Positions 1 to 10,500 are shown, counted from the first letter of the stretch. The stretch: 64,000 nt of DNA from Nitrosopumilus sp. (GCA_965218695.1 OZ244651.1:1056001-1120000); one strand, 5' to 3'. Notes: generated from the sequence alone by a model not told the origin. Numbers and translations are program-made.

Positions 1-1634
1 ATGACACGCTCGGGCAACATCACGGCCGCGAGCCTCTTGGCAATGCGTACCTCCTTCTTCCAGACCGGGTTAGCCGGATCGAAGCGGAAGCGGCGCGTCT
101 CTTCCAGGAACCTCCAGACCTCCGGCGGAATGGGTTCGCGTCTCTTCAGGAGATCCCAGTAGAGCCTTTTTTCTGCCTCCTGCATCTCCACCGCGCCATG
201 CACCGGATAACCGCCGAACCCCCTGGCCGTTGGCCTGGGGTAATAGTCCCTTTCCAGCCCGGCATCACATATGTTCAACCCACATCCGTCTTCTAGGCGG
301 TCAAAGTCGCGCAGCACCTCCTTCCTAGTCATGACGCGCGCGCCGAACACGTGCGCGGCGATAACCTTGGACCGCAAGGCCAGCATTGCTTTTTTTACCG
401 CCTCTGCCGCCGCGCGGGCGTCGGACGGGTCAAATCCCATGTCCCGCAGGCACCGGTTTACCTTTTCCAGCATGCGCGGCGGCATACGTGAGCCGGCCAC
501 GCCGGGGCCGATCTTGTAAAAGTGCTCCCAGCCGGATTCGTCCAAGTGGCGGTAATAACAGTACTCTAGCGTGCGAAACGTGCAACCCCCGAGCAGCTGC
601 AGCTCGGCCACCAGCACGTCCTTGGCCGTGTCCAGCCGCAGCAGGCGGCACTTGGCACCTCTCCCGGCCAACCCGTACGTCTCCACGTGCCCAAAGTCCC
701 CGCAATCGAGAACAAAGGGAAACACGGGCGCCACGCGCGACAGGACATCCCTCGTGCGATCCATTTCTTGGGAATATTCGGCGCGGCGGATCCCATCCCC
801 ATGTTCAGGAGGCGTATGACCTCGGATCTTCCAGTTGAACTCCAGCCTGTTATCCAGCATAGACATGATTTCCGCATGATCCGGGAGATCCGGATCCAGC
901 CGTACCGCTTTTTCGAGAGCCAGCTTTGCTTCCTCTATGCGGCCGAGGTGGTATAGCGTGTTTGCCATGTTGTAAAGCGCCTCCGCGAAATCGGGCTTGA
1001 GGCGCACTGCTTCCCTGTAGCAAGGCATCGCCTCCTCGTACCTGCCCATGAAGTTGAGCACGCTGCCCTTGGAGTCGTGGGCTTTGGCAAGACCGGGCGA
1101 CGCCTTGATCGCCTTCTCAAAACTCTCCAGCGCGTCCTCCGGCCTGCGCAGTTTTTGCAGGACCAGGCCCTTGTTGTACATCGCATCCGCAAAATCCGGC
1201 CTAGCTGCCACCGCCTCGTCGTAGCAGGACAGGCATTCTTCGAGCTTGGATCCGCCCCCATGTATCATGTGATACTCTTCCAGTATGACGGCCTTGTTGA
1301 AACGGGAATCCGCGTAGTTTGGATCGGAATCCTTGACCATGTCTAGGCAGGAGATGGCCTCATCTGGCCGGCCCAATTGATACAGCGCTACAGATTTTTT
1401 GAAGAATGCCCAAGACGCCAGGGGATCGTCGTCCTGTATGTCAAAAGCCTCCAAGAGTCCTAGTGCCTCATCGTACTTGTTCATTTTCATGAGCACGATC
1501 GCCTTGGCGACGCACGCGAACAGGCAGCCAGGATCCGTCTCCAGTACCCTGTCGTAGCAGTCGATAGCCTCATCTAAGCGTCCCTCTCTGTACAACGCGT
1601 TACCCTCTCTGGTGATTTCTTTTAGATTTCGCAC
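1..1634 (-). CDS. TPR-repeat protein with an unidentified C-terminal domain (runs off the window edge)
   Basis: Not in the ORF track. Manual translation from GTG at 1634 gives MRNLKEITREGNALYREGRLDEAIDCYDRVLETDP...DAMYNKGLVL...EALYNMANTLYHLGRIEEAK (TPR consensus), open to base 1. Confidence 0.8.
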   Translation of the reverse strand, partial: MRNLKEITREGNALYREGRLDEAIDCYDRVLETDPGCLFACVAKAIVLMKMNKYDEALGLLEAFDIQDDDPLASWAFFKKSVALYQLGRPDEAISCLDMVKDSDPNYADSRFNKAVILEEYHMIHGGGSKLEECLSCYDEAVAARPDFADAMYNKGLVLQKLRRPEDALESFEKAIKASPGLAKAHDSKGSVLNFMGRYEEAMPCYREAVRLKPDFAEALYNMANTLYHLGRIEEAKLALEKAVRLDPDLPDHAEIMSMLDNRLEFNWKIRGHTPPEHGDGIRRAEYSQEMDRTRDVLSRVAPVFPFVLDCGDFGHVETYGLAGRGAKCRLLRLDTAKDVLVAELQLLGGCTFRTLEYCYYRHLDESGWEHFYKIGPGVAGSRMPPRMLEKVNRCLRDMGFDPSDARAAAEAVKKAMLALRSKVIAAHVFGARVMTRKEVLRDFDRLEDGCGLNICDAGLERDYYPRPTARGFGGYPVHGAVEMQEAEKRLYWDLLKRREPIPPEVWRFLEETRRFRFDPANPVWKKEVRIAKRLAAVMLPERV

Positions 1635-1706
1635 TGATTGATCCCGACGTTCTGATATTTAGGATTAGCACCCTGGGATCTGTTTATTTCTTCGTCACAA
1701 CGTGCC

Positions 1707-1836
1707 GACGTTGTCCGCATTTTGAGAATCCTGTTCTATTTCATGACGTTTCGGGTCCGTGTCGGCGTCTTGTGTCATGATTCTGAAGGGGTTTTTGGCA
1801 CTGCCAGGTTTATGGGTCATTTTTGAGCCATTTTCC
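1707..1836. mobile_element. Orphan end fragment of the IS5-family element found at 31118-34138
   Basis: gacgttgtccgcattttgagaatcc...ggtttttggcactgcc aligns with ggcgttgtccacattttgagaatcc...ggtttttggtactgcc (31118-31216) and its continuation near 33005-33025. Confidence 0.65.
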
Positions 1837-2087
1837 AGAACGCACTCCAGCACCATCCTGAACTCGTCCGGTGCAACCTGCCCCTTAACCACTTGCGTAT
1901 CCATACGTGCCAAGCCTGGCACCAGGTGCCGGCGTCAGGATAGCCCAACCAGGCAAGTGCAAATCCATCATGGATTCATGCTTGAACCCAGTCGTTGGTA
2001 CCTTGGTGAATACATTTATGAAGACTGATTGAGAATTTGCCCGAATGGTTACTTTTGGATTATCTGAAATTGAGCTGGTTGTATCTA

Positions 2088-3188
2088 TACTGACACGCAA
2101 AAGTCTTTGAGCAAATGCCCTAGCCAACCGCAAAGTTTCTAGATCAGACTTTCTTTCATGGAGACATGGACGACTCCAAACTGGAAGAACTAAAAAAAGC
2201 GTGCAAAAAAGAAAAAGACCACAAGGTTCGGGCTAGGATGGTCACGGTACGCATGGTTCGCGTGTTCAACATGACCGTGGAGGAGACTGCCGACATCCAA
2301 GGACGGAGCCCAAACTGGGTCCGCAACTGGTTGAGCCGCTTCGATGACGGAGGCCTGCAAGGCCTCCGTGATCTTCCCAGATGCGGACGGCCCAGAAAGA
2401 TCCCGCAAGACGTCATCGACGGAATAATTGCAAAGACGGCATGCCATAAAATCACGCCCTCGGAACTGCAACAGAACATACACCATGACACGGGCGTAAA
2501 GCTTCACATCACGTACGTCAGGAAGATCATGCACCAGTACGGCCTGTCCCCGAAGGCACCACGGAAAGTCCATGTTAACAGGGCCAACAAAAAGGCCGTG
2601 CAGAACTGGAAATACCGCTTCAACAAGCGCGTTTCACGCCTAGAAAAGGAGGGATTTACCACGGTAATGGAGGACGAGGCAATCTTCATACACGACGTGA
2701 TAGTCGGCCGTAAATATTGGTCCCTGGTGGGCCATCCCATAAGCGTGCCGTACACCGGCAGCCACAAGAGGATCGCAGCGTACGGCTCGATCGCAAAAGA
2801 CGGCAGGCAGTTTTTCCGGACGTACGAGAAATTTGACGGACCCACGTTTGTCAGATACCTCAAGGATCTGCACCGGCATTTTGGCAAGGTGGTAGTGACG
2901 GCAGACCGGGCCCCGCAGCACCGCTCAAAACTGGTAAAGGAATTTCTGCGCAGCAACAGGGATGTCAAGATGATCTATCTGCCAAAGGGCTCGCCGTACC
3001 TCAACGCGATGGAGGAATGCTGGCACCAAGGAAAGCGCGTCCTGCTCGTCTCGGAATATTACCGGACATTTCAGGACATGCACCGGGCAGTTTCGTTGTA
3101 TTATCGAACCGCCAGGTTCAAGCTTGACATCCTCAAATTTACCAGCCGAAAATATGAGGCATTGTGCACAAACTTTTGATCGTCAGTA
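2088..3188 (+). mobile_element. IS630-family insertion sequence
   Basis: Imperfect TIR tactgac...caaaagt / acttttg...gtcagta, flanked by a TA duplication; contains an IS630 transposase. Confidence 0.85.
2166..3179 (+). CDS. IS630-family transposase
   Basis: HTH (W..RF...GL.GL.D.PR.GRP) plus DDE motifs MEDEAIF, TADRAPQH, YLPKGSPYLNAMEECW. Confidence 0.92.
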   Translation: MDDSKLEELKKACKKEKDHKVRARMVTVRMVRVFNMTVEETADIQGRSPNWVRNWLSRFDDGGLQGLRDLPRCGRPRKIPQDVIDGIIAKTACHKITPSELQQNIHHDTGVKLHITYVRKIMHQYGLSPKAPRKVHVNRANKKAVQNWKYRFNKRVSRLEKEGFTTVMEDEAIFIHDVIVGRKYWSLVGHPISVPYTGSHKRIAAYGSIAKDGRQFFRTYEKFDGPTFVRYLKDLHRHFGKVVVTADRAPQHRSKLVKEFLRSNRDVKMIYLPKGSPYLNAMEECWHQGKRVLLVSEYYRTFQDMHRAVSLYYRTARFKLDILKFTSRKYEALCTNF

Positions 3189-3635
3189 TAGGATGAGAAC
3201 TTTTTGACTGTTTTTGCATGGTCAGGATGCCATGTGATTGTGTGCTTGACACCGTTGATCCTGATAGCAAGTTTGTCGTTTTTGATATTCTCTAGAGCAA
3301 GACCGTCTACTTTTGCATAGTGCATCATTCTGTGAACAAGTGGGCTTAGAATTACTATGTTGTATGCATGATCTGCCCCCCCTTTGCCAAGAGGTATCAG
3401 ATGATGGGCTTCAGAATAGCGCCCTCCGTCAATTTTTTTAAATGTATATCTTTTCCCCGTAACCTGACATTGGTTACGATACAATGTTTTTAGATTTTTT
3501 ACAGCCTTTGAATTTCTTGCCCTTATTGTTGTGATCAATTGCTTGGTTTTGGGAGGTGCCTTTTGTGGCGCCTCATCTTCATCAAAAAAGGTTTTTGCCT
3601 GCTCATCTTCTCCAACGTATCTTTTTCCAGTTATT

Positions 3636-4882
3636 CAGCTAAGCGAAATGTGCTTTGATCTAGGCAAAATCTGACAAGAATGCAAGCAGATCAATAAGGG
3701 TACGGCCCTATGGTTTTTGTTGTCTAGACAAAAAACCAAGCAGGGCCGCGATCTACTGAACAATCCAAGAATATATCAAGATGTCGCAAGCGGCATGAAA
3801 AACATGCTTGCCTGCGCCAACACGTCAAACAGGTACAATGCGGTATTTGGAACAGACGATCTAAATCACGGCATGCTGAGGGGAGCCACCATGGATTCGT
3901 CCGTAGGCGGGTGCGCAAACGCGGTAAAGCGCACGCACTGCGACGCTCCCTCCGACAGGTGGCATGCATCGGCAATCAAGGGGATGGAGCAGGGCACGGT
4001 TCAGCGCGCATTCGAAGAAATGGTGGCAGTGCAACTTGACACATTCAAAAAACTGGGCAAATTCCCAAAAGAAGGACTGGACATCGCAATCGACATGCAC
4101 CTCATACCGCGTTATGACCGGGCACCCGGAGGGGAGCTGACCCGTTCCAAATACAAAAACGGAACCACGTATTTTGAGCGTTACATGACAGTCCAGTGCG
4201 TAAACGACAAGATGCGCATGGTCCTTGCAGCATCATACCTCAAAAGGCTCGAATTCGTGCCTGATTACGTGGATGCAGTCCTCAAGACCATGGCAGGGAT
4301 GGGCATCAGGATCCGCCTGGCGCTGCTTGACCGGGAATTCTTCTCAGTCGACACGATAAGCAGGCTGCGGGCAAACGGCGTAAGGTACCTGATGCCGTGC
4401 AGGAACACGCCCAACGTGGTGGAAGCCCTGCAGGATTTTGCACAAGGAAAGAGGGAAAGGATCTCAACAAACGTGATTGAGAACAACCAGGGCTCCGTCG
4501 AATATTCCATGATAATAACTGAAAGAAAAAACGCCAAAGACCCTGATGTCCCGGAAGAGAAATACATCGGGTTTGCAACAAACCACCCCACAATCAAGAC
4601 GGAGGCTTATGCCAAAAGATGGGGAATAGAGACCGGGTACGGTAAAATCGAGGAGTGCAGGGCCAAGACGCGGATTTCGGACATGGAATCGCGGATGTTG
4701 TGTTTTTACTATTCCCTAACATTGTACAATGAATGGATAATCGTCAGGGCAATGCTTTCTGACGGTACCGAAAGGCAGAGTGTCATGACCATGCTCACGT
4801 TCAAGGTGCAGTTGGAATCACTCCTCATACGCCAGTCCAAACCGCCTACCTGATCTCAGATGAGGCACTTTTCGCTTAGCTG
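3636..4882 (+). mobile_element. ISH3-family insertion sequence
   Basis: TIR cagctaagcgaaa / tttcgcttagctg (starts 5'-CAG); 5-bp TSD ttatt (3631-3635, 4883-4887). Confidence 0.88.
3717..4853 (+). CDS. ISH3-family transposase
   Basis: Motifs IAIDMHLIPRYD, LLDREFFS, YAKRWGIETGY. Confidence 0.9.
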   Translation: MLSRQKTKQGRDLLNNPRIYQDVASGMKNMLACANTSNRYNAVFGTDDLNHGMLRGATMDSSVGGCANAVKRTHCDAPSDRWHASAIKGMEQGTVQRAFEEMVAVQLDTFKKLGKFPKEGLDIAIDMHLIPRYDRAPGGELTRSKYKNGTTYFERYMTVQCVNDKMRMVLAASYLKRLEFVPDYVDAVLKTMAGMGIRIRLALLDREFFSVDTISRLRANGVRYLMPCRNTPNVVEALQDFAQGKRERISTNVIENNQGSVEYSMIITERKNAKDPDVPEEKYIGFATNHPTIKTEAYAKRWGIETGYGKIEECRAKTRISDMESRMLCFYYSLTLYNEWIIVRAMLSDGTERQSVMTMLTFKVQLESLLIRQSKPPT

Positions 4883-5896
4883 TTATTAACTCAAATTGAA
4901 TATAGCTTATCGAGTTCTTTTTTCTTTATACTGTCGATTTTAACCATCCTGATTTCATCAGTTGTTATTTTAACAGCTGATTCCTGTGATATATATCTGA
5001 AGCCATATTGGCCCACCATTCTTTGCCATCCATGTTCCTTGTACTTGTTCGCATTCAGATACTCTGGAAATAAGATTGATTTTTCTTTTTCAGCTTCTAT
5101 TGACGAAAGTAAGCTACCCCCTTCAAATTTTATTGACGAATGCCGGTAACCCTTTTCAAGTTTTCCCATTTTGTATGCCTCTCCGACTTTAATATTTTGG
5201 CGTTGCCGTAAACGCCGACTATCTCGCCTCGTTTTTTTTCGAGATTTCTCGTAAAAAAGAAAATTATTCCCGGCTCTTCGAATCCACGTGGGCGTCCTTG
5301 CCATTTCGAAAAACCAAACACATGTGTTTCATCACCCAGTCCTTCTTTGCTAAATTCAAAATTCAGTGATTCATTCCCGGGGACTGTCTGAACAGGTCTT
5401 GCACCAGCTTTCTTATTAACGTCAATCTGTCTCCAACCATGACGATTCCAAGTAATGTTGGCCACGATAAACCTTGATTTTTTCATGTTTTGTTCTAAAT
5501 TAATATCATAATTCAATACCCCTAAAGGAGTGGCTGCATAGAAACCATCCTCAAAATAAGGAAATGACACACGCCCCATGGCAGCTGCAAGCCAGCACGC
5601 AGAACAGGAACTCCTTCTGCCTCATCGAATTGCTGTGCGACATGATCATAGAGCCAGACGCGCCCAAAAACTCCGCGTTGTCTGCCTGCTCTGGAAAATA
5701 AACCCCACACGCCTTGGGAATTTCAATCTCGTGTTTGCCAGAGCCAGAGACAGCATGATCCTTTACGTCATCATTGCGATGTGGAGCGATGCCGACTGAC
5801 AACTCTTAACGTGCACTCTGCCACATCGTGGCGTTTCACAAGGTAAGCGGACAGCTCAAGGAAGCCACAGGATCATGAAGTGCATATTCATCTTTG

Positions 5897-5997
5897 GTAT
5901 GTGTTCACGTCGTGCCTAGAAAAACAGGGAATGTTACCAAAGCACACCAAATTCGTGTCTGAATTAAGCAATTTTCTCAAACCACGTGAACACTTAC
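5897..5997. mobile_element. 101-bp MITE with the ends of the IS66 at 36028-37553
   Basis: Ends gtatgtgttcacgtcgtgccta / aaaccacgtgaacacttac match that IS66; 8-bp TSD catctttg (5889-5896, 5998-6005). Confidence 0.88.
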
Positions 5998-6109
5998 CAT
6001 CTTTGTTACATGCAATCTGACGGGTTCTCCTGCATCATCGGTTGGTGGCCCAAATCCAGGATCCTCTCCAAATTTACTGCCTGCTTTGCACGTCATTATG
6101 CCACCCCCA

Positions 6110-6589
6110 TTAAATCATGATCTTCTGGGGAGTGCCTGCCTCGTTGTGATGGGCAATCCCGGTCATTGCCATGACCTGCATTGGGAGCAGTGCTGACACG
6201 TCCATCGCGTCAGGGTCAGTCGGCTGCGTGTGCTGTTGCTGTATTGCTGAGAGGGTGATCTGTCTGTCTGTCTGCCTGTCTGTCCGTTCCGGATATGATG
6301 ATCCCCGCTGCGCCTCTGCAGGCATCGTTTTGCCAATGCCGCCGCAGGGGCAGAAAAAGTCGTGGTGGACGATCATCAGTCGCACCAGCACGGGACCCTC
6401 TGCCCCGAACCCGCAGACTGCCTTGACGCGATCCCTGAATTCGCCGTCAAGTCTCTCATGTTTGTTGCTGTGGCCGGAGCGGTTCTTCAGATGAATCTCC
6501 CGGACGTGGATCAGCATGAAATCATTGCGGTTCCAAAACGCCCTACGGGCGGCAGGACAAAACGCCTGCAGGCCGTCTGTGACCAACAC
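6110..6589 (-). pseudogene. IS6-like DDE transposase C-terminal remnant
   Basis: LVTDGL...HVREIHL...NKHERLDGEFRDRVK resembles the 53861-54985 protein (FITDGL...HVRHIHL...NNKMERLNGEIRDREK). Confidence 0.75.
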
Positions 6590-6604
6590 CCACGGGGTGG
6601 TTCC

Positions 6605-6760
6605 GGCAAGGAATCTACCGTTTCTGTGATCAAAAACGAGAAGCGTCTGACAAACTACAGCTACATACCAAAACCGATACTTGAAATGCTTGGCAATCCC
6701 GACAAACTAAAGTTTGTCATTTCCGGTGATGACATAATGGTGCGCAGGCCAGACGAGTGA
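6605..6760 (+). pseudogene. AbrB/MazE/SpoVT-like small protein, 5' end lost or uncertain
   Basis: YSYIPKPILEMLGNPDKLKFVISGDDIMVR fits the swapped-hairpin pattern. Confidence 0.55.
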
Positions 6761-6852
6761 ATCTGGAGAAGATCCTGATTTTGTGTCACCAACCGATGAT
6801 GCAGGAGAACCCAGGCATAGTAATAGTTAAATGAAAAAGCAGTCATACCAAT

Positions 6853-7266
6853 ATGATGAATGTTTTTGGGCATCTCTTTGACTGGAAGACCTACATATTT
6901 ACGGCACTTGCAGTGATCTCGTTTTCAAATTTTGTAGCGGTTCTCTTCGGGCAGACGATACCGGGAATAATCATGGACTTTTTCAGGGTGGCCGGGGAGT
7001 ATGTTGTCCTGGGGGCAGTCTTTGTCTTTGCACTGGCGTGGCTTCTCAAGGCAAAGCCGCACAACCGCCCAAAACAGTATTCCGTGGTAGTGTTTGACGT
7101 GTTTGGAAATGTGGACACGATTGAAGGGATCCGGACAGAGTTCAAGACATTTGATGTGGCATGGAGCTTTATGAAGCAGTACAAAAAGTCATATCCGCTG
7201 TACAACTTTGCCATGGTCTCTAATCTTCCAAAGTCAGACAAGCCAACAATATTCAAGTACATCTGA
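6853..7266 (+). CDS. Hypothetical membrane protein
   Basis: 137-aa ORF with two hydrophobic segments, directly upstream of lig. Confidence 0.75.
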   Translation: MMNVFGHLFDWKTYIFTALAVISFSNFVAVLFGQTIPGIIMDFFRVAGEYVVLGAVFVFALAWLLKAKPHNRPKQYSVVVFDVFGNVDTIEGIRTEFKTFDVAWSFMKQYKKSYPLYNFAMVSNLPKSDKPTIFKYI

Positions 7267-7302
7267 ATCAGATTTTTATTCATGACCGGGTAAGGGGTTG
7301 AA

Positions 7303-9057
7303 GTGGAGTTTTCTATACTGGCCCGGACCTTCCAAAGGATGGAATCGACGGCAAAGAGGCTGGAGCTGACTCAGCTGTTGGTGGAACTGTTTAAAGAGAC
7401 GCCGCACGAGGTCATTCCAAGAATCGTATACCTGCTGCAGGGAAAGATAAGGCCAGAATTTGAGGGGGTCGAGCTTGGCGTGGCAGAGAAGCTTGCCATG
7501 AGGGCAATCTCAAAGTCATCTGGCGTCCCGGTCAGCAGGATTCACGACGAGTACCGGAGTAGCGGGGATCTGGGGCACGCATCGTCTGTGATACTTGCAC
7601 AGAAGATGCAGACTACGTTCCTTGCAGAGAACATTACAGTGGAGAGGGTGTATGAGACGCTCTTCAGGATTGCGAGGCTGGAGGGGCCGCGTTCGCAGGA
7701 CAAGAAGATGAAGTACATATCCAGCCTTCTCAACGACGCAGAACCCACTGAAGCATGCTACATCCTTAAGATCCTTCTTGGCACCCTCAGGCTCGGGGTT
7801 GCAGAAAACACGGTGATGGATGCGCTGGCAGTGGCATTCACAGGAGACAAGGCAAACAGGAAGGCGCTCGAACACGCATACAACGTCTCAAGCGATCTGG
7901 GCCTGGTGGCAGGCACCATATCTGCAGACGGGCTGCGGGGAATACAGGAGTTTGGCGTGATAATGTTCAACCCCGTAAGGCCGATGCTTGCAGACAGGGT
8001 CAAAAGCGAGCAGGAGGCAGTCGGGAAGATGGGCCGAGAGTTTGCAGCAGAGTACAAGCTGGACGGGGAAAGGGTACAGATTCATGTGGGTGGTCAGAGG
8101 GTGGCACTGTTCTCAAGAAGCCTGGAGAACATCTCAGAGTACTATCCGGATATAATGGAGAGGATTCCCGGGGCAGTTGCAGCAGACAGTGCGATTCTGG
8201 AGGCCGAGGCCGTTGCAATAAACGAGGACACCGGGGGGTTCCTGCCGTTTCAGGAGCTGATGCACAGGAGGAGAAAGTACAACATAGAAAAGGCAGTCAT
8301 GCAGTATCCAATCGCAGTCAACTTTTTTGACATACTGTACTGCAACGGAGAGAGCCTCCTGGAGTCGGGTTATCTGGAGAGGAGAAGGATGCTGGAGAAG
8401 GTAGTAAAAGAGGACGGCTTTGCAAGACACATTCCCATGACGCTGGTCCGGGAGGCAGCAGACATCGAGGACTTTTTTGAGAACAGCATCAATGCAGGCA
8501 GCGAGGGGCTCATGCTCAAGACGGCCGACGGACCATACCGGGCAGGCTCCAGGGGAAGCTACTGGCTGAAGCTCAAGCGGGAGTACCAAAACGAACTTGG
8601 AGACAGCCTGGATCTGGTTGTAATTGGCGGATTCTTTGGAAGGGGGAAGAGGACGGGAATGTACGGCACGCTGCTTCTTGCAGCATACGACGAAGACGAG
8701 GACGTCTTTACAAGCATCTGCAAGGTTGGTACGGGGTTCTCAGACGAGGACCTGGATCAGATGTATCAGATCCTGCACCCCAAGGTCACGATCAAAAAAG
8801 ATCCGCGCATCGACAGCGACATGGAGGCAGACGTCTGGTTTGATCCGGAACTGGTAATCGAGGTGGTGGCATCGGAGATTACCGTGAGTCCCATCCACAA
8901 GACGGCAATGGGCAGCATAAGAAAAGACTCCGGACTCGCGCTGAGGTTCCCCAAGTTTACAGGAAAGATAAGGGTCGAAAAGGCAGCAGAGGACGCATCA
9001 ACAAGCGAGGAGATCATAACCCTGTACCGGGGACAAAACAAGGCATCCGGCACATGA
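7303..9057 (+). CDS. lig: ATP-dependent DNA ligase
   Basis: Motif I EYKLDGER, EGLMLK, WLKLK, ALRFPKF. Confidence 0.97.
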   Translation: MEFSILARTFQRMESTAKRLELTQLLVELFKETPHEVIPRIVYLLQGKIRPEFEGVELGVAEKLAMRAISKSSGVPVSRIHDEYRSSGDLGHASSVILAQKMQTTFLAENITVERVYETLFRIARLEGPRSQDKKMKYISSLLNDAEPTEACYILKILLGTLRLGVAENTVMDALAVAFTGDKANRKALEHAYNVSSDLGLVAGTISADGLRGIQEFGVIMFNPVRPMLADRVKSEQEAVGKMGREFAAEYKLDGERVQIHVGGQRVALFSRSLENISEYYPDIMERIPGAVAADSAILEAEAVAINEDTGGFLPFQELMHRRRKYNIEKAVMQYPIAVNFFDILYCNGESLLESGYLERRRMLEKVVKEDGFARHIPMTLVREAADIEDFFENSINAGSEGLMLKTADGPYRAGSRGSYWLKLKREYQNELGDSLDLVVIGGFFGRGKRTGMYGTLLLAAYDEDEDVFTSICKVGTGFSDEDLDQMYQILHPKVTIKKDPRIDSDMEADVWFDPELVIEVVASEITVSPIHKTAMGSIRKDSGLALRFPKFTGKIRVEKAAEDASTSEEIITLYRGQNKASGT

Positions 9058-9232
9058 CAGGCAGGCACGCAGGGCCGCCAACGATCAAATCCGGGACGGA
9101 ATTTTCCACGATTCTTTCTCGGTCAGATGAACTGTCGGCAGCAGCAGCAACAGCAGCAGCAACAGGCAGTCTTGCCACACCCGTGCACATGGCCGTGCCC
9201 ATTTTGCAGTTATAAGTATGATGAGCCATTAG

Positions 9233-10033
9233 TTGTTTGCGATGATTGAGCAGCTGTGGGTTGTCCTGCTGGGATTCGTGGCAGGAATGCTGGGCTCCAT
9301 GATAGGCCTTGGCGGAGGAATAATCATGGTCCCCGTTCTGACGTTTGCAGGATTCATGCCCTCCACTGCCGTAAGCACTAGCCTCTTTGGGGTCCTCTCA
9401 GGCTCAATCTCATCGACTGTATCCTACTCTAAACGCGTGGGAGTCGACTACGGCCTGGCCCTGAGGCTCGGGCTGCCCGGGGTGCCGGGGGCGGTTATTG
9501 GCGCAACGCTTGCAGCAGGCGTAAGGCCGGATATGTTCCAGGCCCTGTTTGCCACGGTGATGATACTGGCTGCCGTATACCTGCTCATGAAGAAGAGAAT
9601 CGAGGTTGCAAGGATAATGCCACGAAAGAAGAACACGGTGATACTTGCCATGGGCGTCAGCTTTCTTGCCGGAATCGCGTCTGCATTCTTTGGGATAGGG
9701 GGCGGGCTCATACTGATACCGCTGATGGTGATCGGGATGGGAATGACGATGAAGCAGGCAGCACCCGTATCCATGATGGCCCTGATAGTCACTGCCTCCT
9801 CGGGAGTGCTTGCCCATACTGCCCTGGGCCATCCGGAATTTCTGCATGCAGGACTCCTTGTAGTGGGCTGTTTTGCAGGGGGGCTGGCAGGTGCAGGATT
9901 GAACATGAGGATGAGGGAGACGAGGCTCAGGATGGCAGCGGCTGCATTCATACTGCTGGCAGCTGCAAAGCTGATTTATGACGTGGCAGTCGAGGGCGCG
10001 GCCCTTGGCATGCCTGTCTGGCAGCAGTATTGA
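9233..10033 (+). CDS. Sulfite exporter TauE/SafE family membrane protein
   Basis: Duplicated GLGGG/GIGGG motifs; about 8 TM segments. Confidence 0.88.
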   Translation: MFAMIEQLWVVLLGFVAGMLGSMIGLGGGIIMVPVLTFAGFMPSTAVSTSLFGVLSGSISSTVSYSKRVGVDYGLALRLGLPGVPGAVIGATLAAGVRPDMFQALFATVMILAAVYLLMKKRIEVARIMPRKKNTVILAMGVSFLAGIASAFFGIGGGLILIPLMVIGMGMTMKQAAPVSMMALIVTASSGVLAHTALGHPEFLHAGLLVVGCFAGGLAGAGLNMRMRETRLRMAAAAFILLAAAKLIYDVAVEGAALGMPVWQQY

Positions 10034-10038
10034 CCGCG

Positions 10039-10500
10039 TCACGTGCGGGGCGGTTCTTTCTTTATCCTGTAGACGTTTCTCTTTGAGAGCACCACAGTCT
10101 CCCCCTCCTGCGTGGTTCCCTCATAGTCTACGGTAATTCTCCCAAACTCCTCATCCACGTCCTCCTTTTTGGATATGGTGAACTTTAGCTTTAGAACCTG
10201 GTCGGTGTAAAACGGCCTGAGAAATCTGGTGCCCCTGTTGTCCCAGTCCGGATCCCCGTCGGTTCCAAGAAGGACCATATGGTTCCCATATATCTGGCTT
10301 AGCCTTGTAAACTCGCCTTCCATTCTTGAGAGGATTGCCCTTCCAGAGACCACCTGTGCGTCATCATTCCCTGATTGCCCGTGTTCCAGAAACGCGTTTC
10401 GCACGCGGGAGAAGTTGAGGTATTCCTTGAGCTCCTTGGATGATATGCTGCATGTGGAGTGGAACGAATCCCCTACGCGTAACTCTGAAAACTTTTTCAT
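10039..10500 (-). CDS. Hotdog-fold (MaoC-like) protein
   Basis: FSELRVGDSF N-terminus and RFLRPFY..QVL motif; overlaps the stop of the upstream SDR. Confidence 0.7.
   Translation of the reverse strand: MKKFSELRVGDSFHSTCSISSKELKEYLNFSRVRNAFLEHGQSGNDDAQVVSGRAILSRMEGEFTRLSQIYGNHMVLLGTDGDPDWDNRGTRFLRPFYTDQVLKLKFTISKKEDVDEEFGRITVDYEGTTQEGETVVLSKRNVYRIKKEPPRT

Larger units (their letters stand above)
3189..5486 (-). pseudogene. HNH endonuclease (possible restriction enzyme), frameshifted and interrupted by an ISH3-family IS
   Basis: N-terminus MKKSRFIVANITWNRHGW (5486), frameshift near 5160, IS at 3636-4882, C-terminus CQVTG...YSEAHHLIPLGKGGADHAYNIVILSPLVHRMMH (HNH motif). IS630 sits at or near the stop codon. 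Confidence 0.75.
6023..6811. mobile_element. Internally deleted IS6-family element (transposase 3' remnant plus divergent AbrB-like gene remnant)
   Basis: 25-bp TIR ggttctcctgcatcatcggttggtg / caccaaccgatgatgcaggagaacc, extending imperfectly inward; no TSD seen. Confidence 0.8.

Noticed and set aside
271-1346. Short overlapping ORFs listed in the track
   Set aside because: They are shadows of the long minus-strand TPR gene; the same applies to most antisense ORFs over transposases and core genes.
9137-9170. GCA/ACA low-complexity run
   Set aside because: Short intergenic simple repeat with no supporting structure.
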